Shown: piece by piece, positions 1-14,929 of the stretch
Position numbering within the stretch: the first letter of the stretch is position 1
How the letters are laid out: each line of letters begins with the position of its first letter
Source of the DNA: the human T2T-CHM13v2.0 reference genome, Homo sapiens
Assembly (NCBI RefSeq): GCF_009914755.1
Contig: NC_060936.1
Strand: one strand, 5' to 3'
DNA length: 64,000 bases
Made by a program: the position numbers and the translations under genes
Notes under the pieces: model-generated
Told to the model about the DNA's origin: nothing
Databases searched by the model: none
The model's input: the letters and a program-made list of their open reading frames with translations, nothing else

Positions 1-519
1 CATTTCATTTGGGTATATACCCAGGAGAGGCAATGTAGCATTGTTCATGTGATGTGATTTTATGAAATGGCGAAAAACTCTTGGTTAAACTCGAAACCAA
101 ACAATATACAATCTTGCTTCAATTTAAAAATTGCAATCTTAAAAAATGTAGTCTATGTTAAGGATATGTCAAAATATATATTTTATATGTCAAAATCTGT
201 ATGTTTATATGTAAAATGCAGTTCGCTCTTAGATTCATATAACTTATTTTTTCTTTTTTCTATATTATTGTCTACTTTGCTATCAGAAAGTCTTTAGGGA
301 TGGAATAACTCTTCATTGTGGAAAAACTCTTCATTGTGAGGGAGTTTTGTACATGAGAGAATGTCTGGCATCAGAGACTCTTACCTATTTAATGCAGCAG
401 TGCTCCCCCAAACATCATGGCACCCTACCATTTCCAACCACTCCCTCAAGAACCCCTGCTCTGGGGTAAGCAGGTCAAGAGTCTGAATGTTGTTTGGAGA
501 ACTTCAAAGATTGATTCGC

Positions 520-1062
520 CCATCTGGTTTTTTTTTTGTTTCTTTGTTTTTTTTATCAGCCCCCCTCACTCTGACTACTTTTTCTCTTGGCCCTGAAACT
601 CTCTGGTTCCATGTCTGGGGAGAATGGGGGATAACGGTGGGCTGACTGTCTGGGTGGAGATTAATGCTTGGGAGACTGGATACGTGCAAAGTGATTAGGA
701 CCTACCCAAGAGTCCAACTGCTTCTTATATAAACTCTCAGCCAGTTCTCAGGCTACAAACCATTATAGCCCTTGGGTTTCGTTATACTTGATATTTTTCA
801 ACATCCTACAGGGAGAATGGGCTTGTTTCTCTCCACTCTCTTCTCTGTATACACATAGGTTTCAGCATTCTCTTATCTACTTAGCCAGTTAGCACCCTTA
901 TATTTACTTTTATGTTCCAAAAATTTGTTGACCACTCTCATTTGCTATTGTCTTTTCCCTGAGCACCTCCTTAATATTTTTAAGATTTTTATTAGTTTAG
1001 ACTTTTGGAAGGTAATAAATTTTAAGAAACAGTGTCCAATCAACCATATTGAATTGGAAGTC
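520..1062 (-). mobile_element. Ancient LINE (HAL1/L1ME-type) 5' region fragment
   Basis: ttccaaaaatttgttgac...ctcatttgctattgtc...gtgtccaatcaaccatattgaattggaagtc resembles the reverse strand of HAL1/L1ME 5' ends; highly diverged. Confidence 0.4.
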
Positions 1063-2829
1063 CCAAGTATTAATTTTGTAATGAGAAAAATCAATATTGT
1101 TAAGTCTTAGCTGAGACAAAGCATTTATGAAAAAGGAAGCCTAAGAGAGTTATTCTTTCTCAGTATTTTCTATACTTTAGCATCACAAAGCTGTATGTCT
1201 GAACCACATCATCACAGTGTGTATCTAAAAGTGATAAAAGACAACAACAGCCCTCTGTGGAATGAATGTCTCTGCATGTCCTAAAAACTGCCCTCATGGC
1301 ACTAATTCCTTATCTTGATTACTGTTTACTTAATTTTTTTTTTAACTCAGGGTCAAGAAAACTTTGTACTGGTAGTAAGAAACTTACAATTTTTCTTGTT
1401 TTACTTTTTTTTTGGTCTGGAGAAAGAATGTTTAAAGGTTAGTTTTAAATTCAGTTTCTTTATCTTTAATAAATGTGAATATTTCAAAATCGGGGTATGC
1501 CCTTTACTTTTACCCTTTATGTTTTGTAGACTTTCATCTTTATAAAAACATTTTGGTTGGTGGTAATTCAAATAAAACAATACAAATAATATATAAGTAG
1601 AATTCTGAAATAGAATTCAATGTTAAAAGACAAGTAAACAGAATGTATTTAAAGTTAAAAATATTCTTATTACAATTGCTAATTGTACATAAATGAGATA
1701 CAATTAATTCTATGGATAATAGGGACATATTGCTATTTGTTGAGTGCTCTTTGTACTTTCATCTCCCTTAGCTTCTTTAATCATTTCCTGCTTTGGTTAG
1801 AAGTAAAACAGCTACAATTAATTCTGGCCTCAGCAACTTCCTTCTCTTCTTTGGGTGCAGTCTTTGCTATACTCTGTCTCTGAATTTTGCACCCTACTTC
1901 CAGCTATCTAGATGCTTTGTGAGGTTAGTGGGAGGTATGTATGTTTTAACATTCTGCATGACTCTAATAGAAAATAGAGAAAGAAGGTGTTTTTACACAT
2001 ACAGTACACCATACTGGCTGAAAAATCTAGTAAAATGTAAAAAGAAAAAAATATAGTGACACAAAAACTTTGTCGATCCCAAAACAAGTAGAATCATGGA
2101 ATACCATAAATGCTCTTCCACTTAATGGATGATTTTTGGCAAGAAAGATACTCACTCTTTAATTCTTTTCTAGTTAATTTAGAAAGAAACACATGTGAAA
2201 TTAGACATGTCTCACACTCATAGATCTTTATCTAAAATCAAGAAAAGGTGGTTCCTTTATTAGATACTTCATTACAGCAATAATGTACTTTGCTGTTTTA
2301 CATACTTTTTTTTATCTACATAGTACCAATGCAATCTAGAATAACCTTTTGAATATTAGTCAATACATAATTTGGCCTATGTTATATGTCAAAAAATAAG
2401 GAATGTAATGCTTTTTTATCAACTTGTTTATCATTAGAAACAAAAGAAAACAAAAGTGCTTGAATTGAATGAATACATTTGAATTAAGCAAATTTTTACT
2501 TTTGCAAGTAGAAATCCTATCTCTATAGTGTTGTTCTTAACCTTCTGCTTCAGTCATTGAAGTTATAATAACCACATAATGCTACCTTTTAATCTTGTAC
2601 CCTGCCTAAGACTTTAGGAAAAACTTTTATTTCTGGAAAAGGAAATTATGAGAATGAAAGTAATATTAAATCAGTTTTTCTTATGTTAACACTTTCCCAA
2701 CTAATAAGGATCCTCTCTTGTTACACTGTGAAAGTCACTCCTGGGTATCAAAACACTTTATCAATAGCTATTTTACCCTTGAGAGATCTCTCCAGTAAAT
2801 CTGAAATCACCTCAATTATTCCAACATGA

Positions 2830-3268
2830 GAAGTGTAAAGCGATGAATGGATTTAAAAGTGAGGGAAGAGATGAAAAGCCAAATAGAAAATGGTAAGACC
2901 ATCTACAGATTAGGAACAGAAGCCACCACTAAGCATTAAAGGGAAGACATGGTGTTAGAGCCTCGGGACAAGGTTCACCTGCAACGGCTTCAACAGTGGG
3001 CTTGTCTGGCAGGAGCACGAGCCACTGAGAAGATGCAGGTGCTGCTGGAGACACTTCTGGCAGAGAGAAAGGAGGAAAACCCTGACTCCTCCTTTCCTTC
3101 TACTCACCGTTATTCAGCCAAGGATGCTCATTGACTGACTTTAACTAGAAGCCAGCTCATTTGGAATCGTGGGAATAAAACCCATAGATGTCAGCCTTCC
3201 CATGATACAGAGTCCAGTGAGGGGAGAGTGAGAAAGATCTTCCTAGGTGTATGTCCAGGATCAGTACT
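2830..3268 (-). mobile_element. ERVL-class LTR, LTR67B-like
   Basis: gggcttgtctggcaggagc...gagaagatgcag...gcagagagaaaggaggaaaaccctgactcctcc...agaagccagct...gatacagag matches the recalled LTR67B reverse strand. Confidence 0.55.
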
Positions 3269-3509
3269 AGGCATTTCTTCTACTACTCGGGATGGATTCT
3301 CAGTTTTCTACCCACACTTGCATTTCATACAAACTTCATAATTTAGCGTAAATGGGTCAATTAAAAAATGACTTAGTGCTCTGTCATAAAGAGAAAACTG
3401 CTGTCAATTTCTCCCAGGGAAATCTAAACTACATCCTCTCTTTGACCCTCTAATAACATTCTTGTTGGACAGCCCAAATCACTTGGCATCTCATGATTAC
3501 TCTTTAAAA

Positions 3510-3780
3510 AGGTCCACTAGAGGCCAGAAGTTGCTTCTAAGAAGAACAGCATTAACAACAAAAGGAGGCTGTGACTTTACTCCAGAATCTTAGGAGTGTG
3601 CATTGTGATTCTCCTTTCGAGGCTTACCAGAGGATCCACATAACATCTTTATCGAATGCCAAACCTTGAGCATTACTGGTATCTGCTAGATCATAAGGTT
3701 TACATGGGAAGTCAGCTTGTATGCTTAAATCTGTTACAGAGACTTCTCCTGCTCTGGGATCAATTTAAAATTAGCAAAAG
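3510..3780 (-). mobile_element. ERVL internal pol fragment (RT/RNase H connection), degenerate
   Basis: gccagaagttgcttct...ctccagaatcttagga...tgtgattctcct...atctgctagatcata...cagagacttctcctgctctggg is colinear with the reverse strand of ERVL pol. Confidence 0.6.
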
Positions 3781-3963
3781 TAGAAATATTATAGCTTATT
3801 TAATAAATGGATTAAGGAAACAGACAAAAATGTGATGTGTTTTGCCAAGAACCAGCAACACATCATACTTTATTCCCCTATGATCAAGTATATTTTATGC
3901 CCTGGTTCTTTCAGAAATTTTATTTACCAACTCTAGATACTGCATTGTGATAGATTGCTTTAG

Positions 3964-4325
<362 letters not shown>

Positions 4326-4334
4326 AAGAGTGTA

Positions 4335-4443
4335 CTCCTAAAGGAAGATCCTACTACCTTTACTCTTTCAGGTGCTCCCCCAAAAAGTTCACTTTGCAAA
4401 TCTTAACACAGAGTTTGTTTCTCTGGGGAGTCAATATAAGACA
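4335..4443 (+). mobile_element. 3' end of an LTR16-like ERVL LTR
   Basis: Ends cagagtttgtttctctggggagtcaatataagaca, followed by gttggc as at an ERVL LTR/internal junction. Confidence 0.5.
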
Positions 4444-5640
<1,197 letters not shown>

Positions 5641-6214
5641 GAGCATGCGCAGAAACAGTTAAACTGTATAGCATTGACTGGGTCAGGTTGCTAGTCAGGG
5701 AGGAAACTGTTAGTGGACCCTGGAAAAAATGAGGAAACTGGGTATAAGAGGTTAGGGCAATATCAACCCTTGAAATCTGGTTGCAAAACATTTGTCAAAG
5801 CTATGGTCTAAGTCTAGAACGTAGAAAATATACCTGATCTGAAGTAATGCAGGGGGACAATTTATCAAAGCTAAATGTTGAAAGCATGACTCTGGTCATA
5901 CTGCAATTGATTAGTTACGATAAGAAATTGATGATTCTGCAAGAGAAGGAGTTCGTTTTTAAGTATAATATACAAGTCCTACAGAAAGACCAGAAATAGG
6001 AGGTTGAAAAATGAAATTGTTAACATCAATTTAAAAGTAAGAGCACTAAAATGCAGCCTTTAGGAAAAAGCCAATCTAGTGAAGCATGGCTTCAAGACAA
6101 AGGCCAAATCATGGGTGTGGCAATGAATTGGGAGAAAAAGGAAACTAAAAGTATACTTCAGGTCAAAGAGCTGGTGTGATTAGAATGAGTGAAAACCAGA
6201 AGGACACAAGAGTT

Positions 6215-7440
6215 GGTTCACTCCTCATTGCCCTCATTATCAAATCCAACCTTCTTAATATCAGTTACAATGCCCTTCATCAACTTGTTTAGCTTAGTTC
6301 TCTAGCTTCATCTCAGCATTTTTTTTCTTCAGACTTTATGCTCCAGATATACTGAACTACCTGAAATTTCCTGTGTCATTCTTTTTCCTTCATATGAGCA
6401 TCTACACTGACTTTGGACCATTATTTATCTGTCATCCCTTTGCCCCCCCAACTTTCTTTAACACCATTTTTTTCAACTTTTTGATTCATGGTTTACGTGG
6501 GCAAGTTTGTTACCTGGGTATACTGTATGATGCTGAGATCTGAGGTGATGATCCCACCACTTAAGTGGTGAGCATAGTACCCAATAGTTAGTTTTTTAAC
6601 TCTTGGCTTCCTCCCTACCTCCCCCACCTAGTAGCCCCCAGTTTCTATTGATGGCATTTATATGTCCATGAGTGCCCAGTGGTCTGCTCCCACTTACAAG
6701 TGAGAACATGAGGTATTTGGTTTTCTCTTTCTACGTTAATTCACTTAGGATAATGGCTTCCAGGTGCATCCATGTTGTTGCCATGGATATGATTTTGTCT
6801 TTTTTATGGTTGCATAGTATTCCATGGTTTATGTACACCACACTTTATTTATCCAATCCACTGTTGCTGGGCACCTAGGTTGATTCCATGTCTCTGTGAT
6901 TGTGAAAAGTGCCACAATGAACACGTGAGTGAATGCGTGTTTCTTTTTGTTTCGCACCATTTGTTATTGTCCTACACATATCTGCTTAAATCAGAGTGAT
7001 GGCAGGTGGATTTCACAATCTATGACAAGTCTAATAAACTGGCCATGGCTTCCCAAAGAACTAAGCAAAGGAGGGTAAGAACAAGTCTAGGGTCTATTGG
7101 ACTATCAAAGTCCAACAGTTTGGGAGAATGGTGGTATATATACCGTGCATTGTCCAACTATTCTTGTCTACACACTACTCCTCATAATTTTCCCTGATGC
7201 TATCTTAAAAATTGTACTTTTCTTATGCGTTTGTGTACCATACTTTGCTTAGTTCTATCACACTATTTGTGTTGCGTTATATTTTCTGTTACCTTGTACA
7301 TTTTTCCACTAGTCAGCATTTTACTTATAAAAAGATAGCATCTTGTGTATTGGTAAATCTCTAGTGTGACACAGTTCTTTGCACATAGGAGTCAGTACCT
7401 GAAATTCTTGTTAACTTAAAAATAAGTTATTGAATTTGAA
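6215..7440 (+). mobile_element. L2 3' region, interrupted by L1PA and other insertions
   Basis: caaatccaaccttcttaat...atgctccagatatactgaactacctgaaatttcc and a terminal ...cacagttctttgcacataggagtcagt...ttgttaa, typical of L2. Confidence 0.6.
6467..6950 (-). mobile_element. L1PA (older PA13-16 type) 3' end, 5'-truncated
   Basis: gtttgttacctgggtatactgtatgatgctgag...agcatagtacccaatagttag...ctcccacttacaagtgagaacatg; probable TSD caccattt at 6462-6469 and 6955-6962. Confidence 0.9.
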
Positions 7441-7507
7441 GGACTTAAGAAATGATGCAGCTTGGTTGCTGGATGTGTTGTCTATATATAATAAATATCA
7501 TCTAGGT

Positions 7508-7847
7508 CGGGGTCCCCAACCCCAAGCCATGGACCTGTACTGGTCTGTAGCCTGTTAGAAACTGGCTGCACAGCAGGAGGTGAGTGACAGGTGAGCAAGT
7601 TTCATGGCCTGAGCCCCGCCTCCTGACAGATCAGCTGCAGCATTAGATTCTCATAGAAGCGGGAACCCTATTGTAAACTGTTCATGCCAGAGATCTAGGT
7701 TGCATGCTCCTTATGAGAATCTAACTAGTACCTGATGATCTGAGATGGAACAGTTTCATCCGGAAACCATGCCCCTGCCAACCCCCTCCATGGAAAAATT
7801 GTCTTCGTGAAACCAGTCCCTGGTGCAAAAAAGGTTGGGGACCACTG
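7508..7847 (+). mobile_element. MER1B (hAT-Charlie non-autonomous DNA transposon)
   Basis: Terminal inverted repeats cggggtccccaacc / ggttggggaccactg; MER1B body; 8-bp TSD atctaggt / acctaggt. Confidence 0.92.
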
Positions 7848-8492
7848 ACCTAGGTAATCAGAAAATTAGTTTATAGTCAACTTGTAGAGATCTAACATAT
7901 GTAGAGTGTAAGCACACAGGAATCGATCATTGGGTCTTTTCATGCCTTTAAATGTATATGCCTAGTGCCTTAAGAGGAGCAAGCTTAAGTAGCTTAGAGT
8001 TGTATTTTGAGTACCATTTTCTCCAATTTATATGTAGGTAAGACCCTTAGAAGGTCAGTTCTGGTGCGGATCATATGCCATTCCGAGAGGGCTAAACAAA
8101 ATGCAGCTTCCTAACTGCATATGCTCCCTCCTTTCTTCCTCTCAGCACTTATACCATAGCCCTAAATTCAAATATTTTGAACAAGTAACTAGCAATGATG
8201 TAGAAGTCATGTTGCTATTTCCATTTTTTCTTTTCTGATAAGCTGCAAAAAACCCATTCGCTTTATTAAATTAATTTAATTTAATTTATTATTATGAATA
8301 ATTTAAACAAATTAAAAATTAAATTCACAGTAAGGACTGGATTAGCTAAAAAAATTAACTAGCTGACTTATTAATTGCCATGTTGATTTCTTTTTTTTCT
8401 GTTTCTGTAATTTAAATTAAAGCCTCTTGAATCATTCTAATAGTTCTGTCGTGTTCTATATACCAAAAATGTGTTCATGTAGACATCTTTGT

Positions 8493-8770
8493 TTTCACTC
8501 ATTCATTAACTTAATGATAATTTTTGAATGCCTATCACAATCCAACCACACTTCTAAGTGCTGGGATGCAGAGATAAAACAAAGTCTCTGCTTTCATGGA
8601 GTTACATTCTAGAGGTAAGAAATATAAAATAAATCAATAAATCTATATTACAAGTGGTGAAATGATATGAAAAATTCTGTGATCCACAGAGTGATTGCAG
8701 AAGATCTCTCAGAAGAGGTGATTTGAACATAGACATCACAAACATGAAGAAGTGAGAACCATGAAGGTAA
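8493..8770 (-). mobile_element. L2 3' end
   Basis: ttcactcattcatt...ttttgaatgcctat...ctaagtgctgggatgcagag...gtctctgctttcatggagttacattctag. Confidence 0.7.
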
Positions 8771-9491
8771 TTTAGCAAAGTAAGTTAGATTTTAACGTTT
8801 AGTATTTTAACCTGAGTAATTTGATTAACTTGGGTTCATCCTATGAGGCCAAATAATAAAATGATGTTAGCATTGTTATTACACGGTGTCTGGCATTATA
8901 ACATACACCAGGAAAACCATGAGTTTGTGTAGACATTCATGTTTCTTATTAGGATGTTGATGACAAAGAAAGCCATACTTCAGTTATTAAATATTTAGTA
9001 GATATTTTTAAAATTCAACGCATATTTGTTGAATTCTTGTGTGTGGAGAAGTATAAACATTGAATTAAACATTGAAGTAAAACTAGGGACTTTGCGACTG
9101 TCCACTCTGAAGTGGCAGAGTAAGTATACAAACTGAGTCTGAAACCAGAATAGAAAACTTATACTTTGGGAGATAATTTTTGAAAAGCTTTGTATGTGAT
9201 ATAATAAAGAATATGAAAGGAGAAAAACCTGGACAAAGTTTTAGAAAGAAGGAGAAAAATCAAGCAGTAAGAGATGAGAAAGCATGAGGATTGCTTACAG
9301 ATCCTAAAATGCCTTTGCTTGGTTTGAGTCAAGCAAGGAAGAGGTAGATGACATTGAGAAGCTTTGTAAAAATATTTTTTAAACTCAATTTAATAAGCAT
9401 TAGGGCAAGTCAGTGCAAGATTTTGACGTAGAGTTTTGACAAAACAGGAACTTTCTTTTGTGAAACTGTATTGTGACTAGGATAGATTAGT

Positions 9492-9516
<25 letters not shown>
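9492..9516 (+). repeat. Poly(A) run, A25
   Basis: Read directly from the sequence. Confidence 0.95.
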
Positions 9517-9522
<6 letters not shown>

Positions 9523-10139
9523 TGATCAACAATAAATGCCATATTAGAGTACAGCAGTATTTTTTTCTGACACAAAATTAGGGAATTTTATTTTGGGCTT
9601 TGAGGAAAAGTGGATTAGGAATGGATGACAACTCTTAAATGTAAAAACAGGTTGCCGCCCTCTCTGTGTTCATTTTGTAATTTATGATCATATTGAAATA
9701 GCTTTTATTTTTAGTTTCATCCAAGTCTAAGAGTTAGATGGTTCCATTAGTGTAACTGCTAGGTGAAATCATTCTAAAATGTCTTTATCCAAGCCTCAAA
9801 CTGTTCAATATTCCGGGTTTTTAAGATCAAGTCTATGGTAACTACATTTTTATCCTCCATGATTTTCAAAATACTGCTCTATGATTGCCTTCCCCATTCT
9901 CTTCCTTTTATATTCCTTTTGCAGGCTAAGAGAATCTTGTTTGTTTTCTTTATGCCTTTTACTTTTTGATTCATTTTGTGCTTTCCAAATTTGGTTAATC
10001 AGAGCTTCATAATCCTTCACTCATTGTATTTGTCATCTTACAATTTCAACACCGTGAAAAATCCGATGCCATCTGGAAATGTGTAGATATTAATATAAGA
10101 TAATGTTCTTCAATTTTAATACCAGTTTTTGAGGTTACA

Positions 10140-11160
10140 ACATCAATCCATCAATTTTTTGATCAACCATATTTATTGAGAACCTATTATATTATCAACC
10201 ACGTTAGGGTACAAAGGTAAATAAAATGCCTATGGCAGAGAGTTATTGTGTAGAGGAGATAGACAAACATAAATTATTAAAACATGCTATTGATATAAAT
10301 GTTATGATTAAGAATGAACAAAATGCTGATGGCATATAGGCATGGAAATGCCAAATTCTCCCAGGAGATGCTAGCAAAGACTTTGCAAAGGAGATGGCCT
10401 GATCTTAAAATATGAGGGTAAATTCATGAAGCAGAAGGGTAGGATAGGATACATGCTGGAGAAACAATGTGTAACTGTATAAAGGTATTGGGACGTAAAA
10501 AGTAAAGGAGAATTTTGGAAATGGTAAAAATTTCAGTGTGAATGCAACATGGAAATCCTGGAAAGGATTGTCCTGAGGAGAAGCTGAAGAAGAAGATATG
10601 GCTTGGCTGAGGAGATCTTACAGTTTGCCTTGGATTTAATCCTTACTAATGCAGAATTAATAGAAATTTCAATGTAGAGTGACGTGATTAGATTTTTTTA
10701 AAGGGAGATAACTTTGGAATCCATTTGGAAACTTAATTAAGTTTAAGAGATTAGTGGAAGTATATCAATTAGGAAGCTATTGGAATAGACAAGGTAAAAG
10801 ATCATGAGGATCTTAAGGGAGATGGTAAAAGTGTGGGAGGGGTGAGGAAAAGAAAAAATTTAGATAGGGTTTCATTACCACTTGAATACAGGGAGAACAA
10901 GAGAGCAAAATTTCTAGGCTGCTTCTGGAATTTTAATGTTGAAGGAGATGGTTTAGATGTTACTGCTTTAACCAATATAAAAGAGTTAGCGTAAGTGTGA
11001 TATGAGTAGAAAAAGTGAACTTTCACTAGACACATTGTGTTTGAAAAGTTTGTATGAAGGAGATACATATAGGTAGTCAGAAATAAATCTCTAAGTTGGA
11101 GCTTGATAGAGATTTTAGAGCAATCAGCATCAGCATCATGATCAAAGTAGGAAAACTTGG
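10140..11160 (-). mobile_element. L2 fragment, ~1 kb
   Basis: caaccatatttattgagaacctatta...; aattaggaagctattggaatagacaagg; tttcactagacacattgtgtttga. Confidence 0.7.
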
Positions 11161-11799
11161 TTGAGAGCACTGATGGAAAGCAGTATGTATATATTGTTAG
11201 CTTATATTATTTCCTATTTCATAATTAGTGCCAAACCTATGATTAAAATTCTTCCCTAATACCTAGTTGACTTTATAAAAAATTTTAACAATTAGTTATA
11301 ATTTTAGTCAATAATTTTTAAGTGTAAATAAATAAATTCACTAGGTATTTTCATTTACAGACATGTTTCTTCAATGATTTCTAAGGATTGGATGTAACTT
11401 CCTCTTTCGGAACCATTATAGCTTCTCTGAATGAAGTTACCTGCTTATGTATTCAATTACAATACCCTTTCCACTTTCAACACATTTTCTAATATAAATA
11501 TGAAACCTCCAGTTTGTAATTTGCAGTGTTCTCTGAAAATCTTTTTATTCATGGCTCACAGGAAATGTATGTCTTTCAAAGTGTATTTTTTTTGGTATCA
11601 GTTTTTTACATTACACTAATCCACACTTATAGTTTAACCTGGTTCCCCTTAGAGCAATGACACACATAATATAGTTGGCTTGAATTAAATGTTCTAACCC
11701 TGATACTGAACAAACTTTAACTAACAGGCTTATATGGGGATTATAAATATCACTTTACCTTTATTTGTGTCTTTCTCCAAACAACTGATTGTCAGTATA

Positions 11800-11940
11800 G
11801 TCAGTAATGCACTGATTAAGTACCATAGACTTGGGATCAAATTCTGACTCGACTACTTACTACTTAGGTAATCTGGAAATGTTACTTATTCAGCCTCTCT
11901 CTGAGCATCAATTTGTTACATGCAAATATGGATATTATGT
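11800..11940 (+). mobile_element. MIR
   Basis: gacttgggatcaaattctgactcgactacttactac...cctctctctgagcatcaatttgttacatgcaaatatgg. Confidence 0.65.
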
Positions 11941-12207
11941 GAGACACCCACATAAAACCATATTTTATTTAGAAGTTACTTTATTTGGTTATTTAGGAGT
12001 ATATGGATTTATTTCAAAGCCTTTTCTATATTTTTTCTTATGGGTTTCTACCTAAACTCCACTGTGGGCTTGCATAATGGTCCACCATATTGTCAGCTCT
12101 AGTAAATATCTCATATGTACCCGAAACGAATATGTATTCTGTCATTTGGGGGTTCAAGGTTTTTTCATTTGTCTCTTAGGTTTAATGTAATTACGTTTTT
12201 TAGCCTT

Positions 12208-12680
12208 CTTTATTTTTAAAATTGAGATGAAAATCTTATAGCATAAAATTAACCATTTAAAACTGTACAATGTAGTGGTATAATATTTAGTGTATTCACA
12301 ATGTTGTACAGCCACCACCTCTTTCAGTTTTAAAAATCTTTTATCACTCCAAAAAACACCCAGAACCCATTAAGTAATTATTTCCTATTCTACCTCCTTT
12401 CATTCCTGGTAATGATTAATCTGCTTCCTGTCATTATGAATTTGCCCACTCTGAATATTTCATAGGAATGGAATCCTACAAAATAGGACCTTTTTGTCTG
12501 ATTTCTTTCAATTCAAAGAATGTTTTTAAGTTTCATGCAAAGAGTAGCATGTATCAGCACTTCATTCATTTTTTATGACTTAATAATATTTCATTATATG
12601 TATATACCCCAGTTTTTCCTTTCATTCATTAATAGGCACTTGGTTATTATGAATATGCTGCCCAAAACATATGTATATAG
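12208..12680 (-). mobile_element. L1MB-type 3' end
   Basis: aattgagatgaaaat...cataaaattaaccatttaaaactgtacaat...tattcacaatgttgtacagccaccacc. Confidence 0.85.
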
Positions 12681-13185
12681 TGTTGAACAAATAACGAATG
12701 TCAATAAAGTGATAAAAATTATAAAAGGGAACCAAGTAGATATTCAGGAGATAAAAAGTACAAGGGCTAAAAAATTCACTAGAATGGTTTAATGGCATAT
12801 TTGAACAGGCAGAAAAAAGAATCAGTTAATGTGAAGATAAGGCAAGTGAATTTATCCAGTTTTAAGAGTAGAAAGAAGAAATAAAAGAAAGAAAAATAAA
12901 GTCTAACTGAACTGTGGAACATCATTGAGCGTACCAACATATGTGTCATGGGAGTTCCAGGAGAAGAAGATAGAAAGGATTAGAAAAAAGTGTTTGAAGA
13001 AATTATGGCTAAAATTTTCCCAGTTTGATGACAGATCTATCTATCCATCAATCCATCCAGGAATCTCAATAAACTTCAAGCAGGATAAATCCAAAGAGAT
13101 TAACACTGAGAGAAATTATAGTTAAATTGTTAAAGGCGCAAGACAAGGAGAAAATTTTGAAAGCAGCAAGAAAAAAGTAACTCAT

Positions 13186-13599
13186 TTTTTTCCTTCCTTC
13201 CTTCCTTCCTTCCTTCCTTCCTTCCTTCCTTCCTTCCTTCCTTCCTTTCTCTCTCTCTCTCTCCTTCCTTCCTTCCTTCTTCCTTCCTTCTTTCCCTCCT
13301 TTTTTTTCTCTTTTTCTTTCTTGCTCTGTTGCTCTGTAGCTCCAGCTGGAATACAGTGACATGATCTCAGCTCACTGCAATTTCTATCTCCCAAGTTCAA
13401 GCAATTCTCCTGCCTCAGCCTCTTGAGTAGCTGGGACCACAGGTGTGTGCCACCATACCTGGCTAATTTTTGTATTTTTAGTAGAGACAGGGCTTCACCA
13501 TGTTGGCCAGGCTGGTCTCAAACTCTGGACCTCAAGTGATCTGCTCACCTTGGCCTTCCAAAATGCTGGGATTACAGGCATGAGCTACTGCACCCGGCC
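13186..13599 (-). mobile_element. AluS with tail expanded into (TTCC)n/(TC)n microsatellite (13186-13320)
   Basis: Alu body 13320-13599 ending gcacccggcc; aagtaact on both flanks as a partial TSD. Confidence 0.93.
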
Positions 13600-14756
13600 T
13601 CAGAAGTAACTTGTTTTATACAAGGGAGAATCAATACGATTTTCATCTGATTTTTTTTGTTTGTTTTTTATCTGAAGTCATGGAAGCCAGAAGGCAGTGG
13701 GAAGACATGTTTAAAATACTAAAAGGAAAAAAATGTGTTAACCAAGAATTCTGTATCTCCAAAACTATCTTTCAAGAACGAAAGATAAATTAAGACATAA
13801 CCAGATACGCAAAATCTAAAGGAGTTTGTTACAAGTAGACTTGCTCTACAAAAATTGCTAAAGATCATCCCTCAGGGTGAAATGAAGTGACAATCATTGC
13901 TTGAAGCCATGTGACAAAACAAAGAACACTGGTAAAAGTAACTACATTGGTAAACATGAAAACCAGCATTATTGTACTTTATTGTATTTTGGTTTATAAC
14001 TTCTTTTTTCAATGTAATTTAAAATTTAGATGCACAGAAAAACAATTATAAATTTATATTAATGGGCACACAATGTGTACAAATGTAATTTGTGAATATA
14101 GCAATATTAAGGGAGAGGTACCACGATGTATAAGAGCAGAGGGCTTACGTACTATTTAAACTAAACTTGCATTATTCAAAATAGATTTGTTGTAAGTTGT
14201 TATAAGATGTAATTGTAATACTCAAGGAAACCAGTAAAGTAATAACCATAAAATATGCAGAAAAAAGGAGAACAAAATGTATACTACAAAAATAAACCAG
14301 ATACAAAAAGAAGACAGTAATGGAAGAATTGAGAAAAAATATAAGATATTCAGAAAACAATAGCTAAATGGCAGAAGTAAGTCCTTCTTTAGTAATTAAA
14401 GTGTAAATCAACTAACTCTTCAATTAAAAGGTAGAATGTATTACAGAAAACAAGACCCATCTATATGCTGTCTATATATACATGCTGTATACGTAGATAG
14501 AAAGACACAAAAAAAGATGCACGTAAAAGGATAGACAAAGATATTTCATGCAAATAGCAACCAAAAGGAGTATGGGTGGCTATATAATTAATGAACAAAA
14601 TAGAATTTGAGTCAAAAATTTACAAGAGTTAGGGAAGGATATTATATATTGGTAAAGGTTCAGTCATCCATGAGATATAACATTACAAACGCATACTCAT
14701 CTAACAACAGACCCTCAAAATATATAAAAAAAAAAAATTGACAGAATTGGAAGAGG

Positions 14757-14892
14757 ACAAAAAGAAATGGAAAGAAAACCAGTGTTCATAGATTAGAAGA
14801 ATCATTATTGTTAAAATGTCCACACTACCCAAAGTAATCTACAGATTCAATGCATTTTCTATGAAAATTCCAAGGGCAATTTTTGCAGAAAT

Positions 14893-14929
<37 letters not shown>

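Noticed and set aside
6990-7170. Possible old hAT MITE within L2
   Set aside because: Too diverged to assign a family or boundaries by eye.
8263-8325. AT-rich quasi-palindromic stretch
   Set aside because: Low-complexity sequence; the symmetry is expected by chance.
9890-9930. Strong-looking splice acceptor (pyrimidine tract plus gcag)
   Set aside because: No convincing donor nearby, and such sites are common in AT-rich DNA.
13066-13400. KEGR-repeat ORFs
   Set aside because: They are translations of the (TTCC)n microsatellite tail of an Alu.
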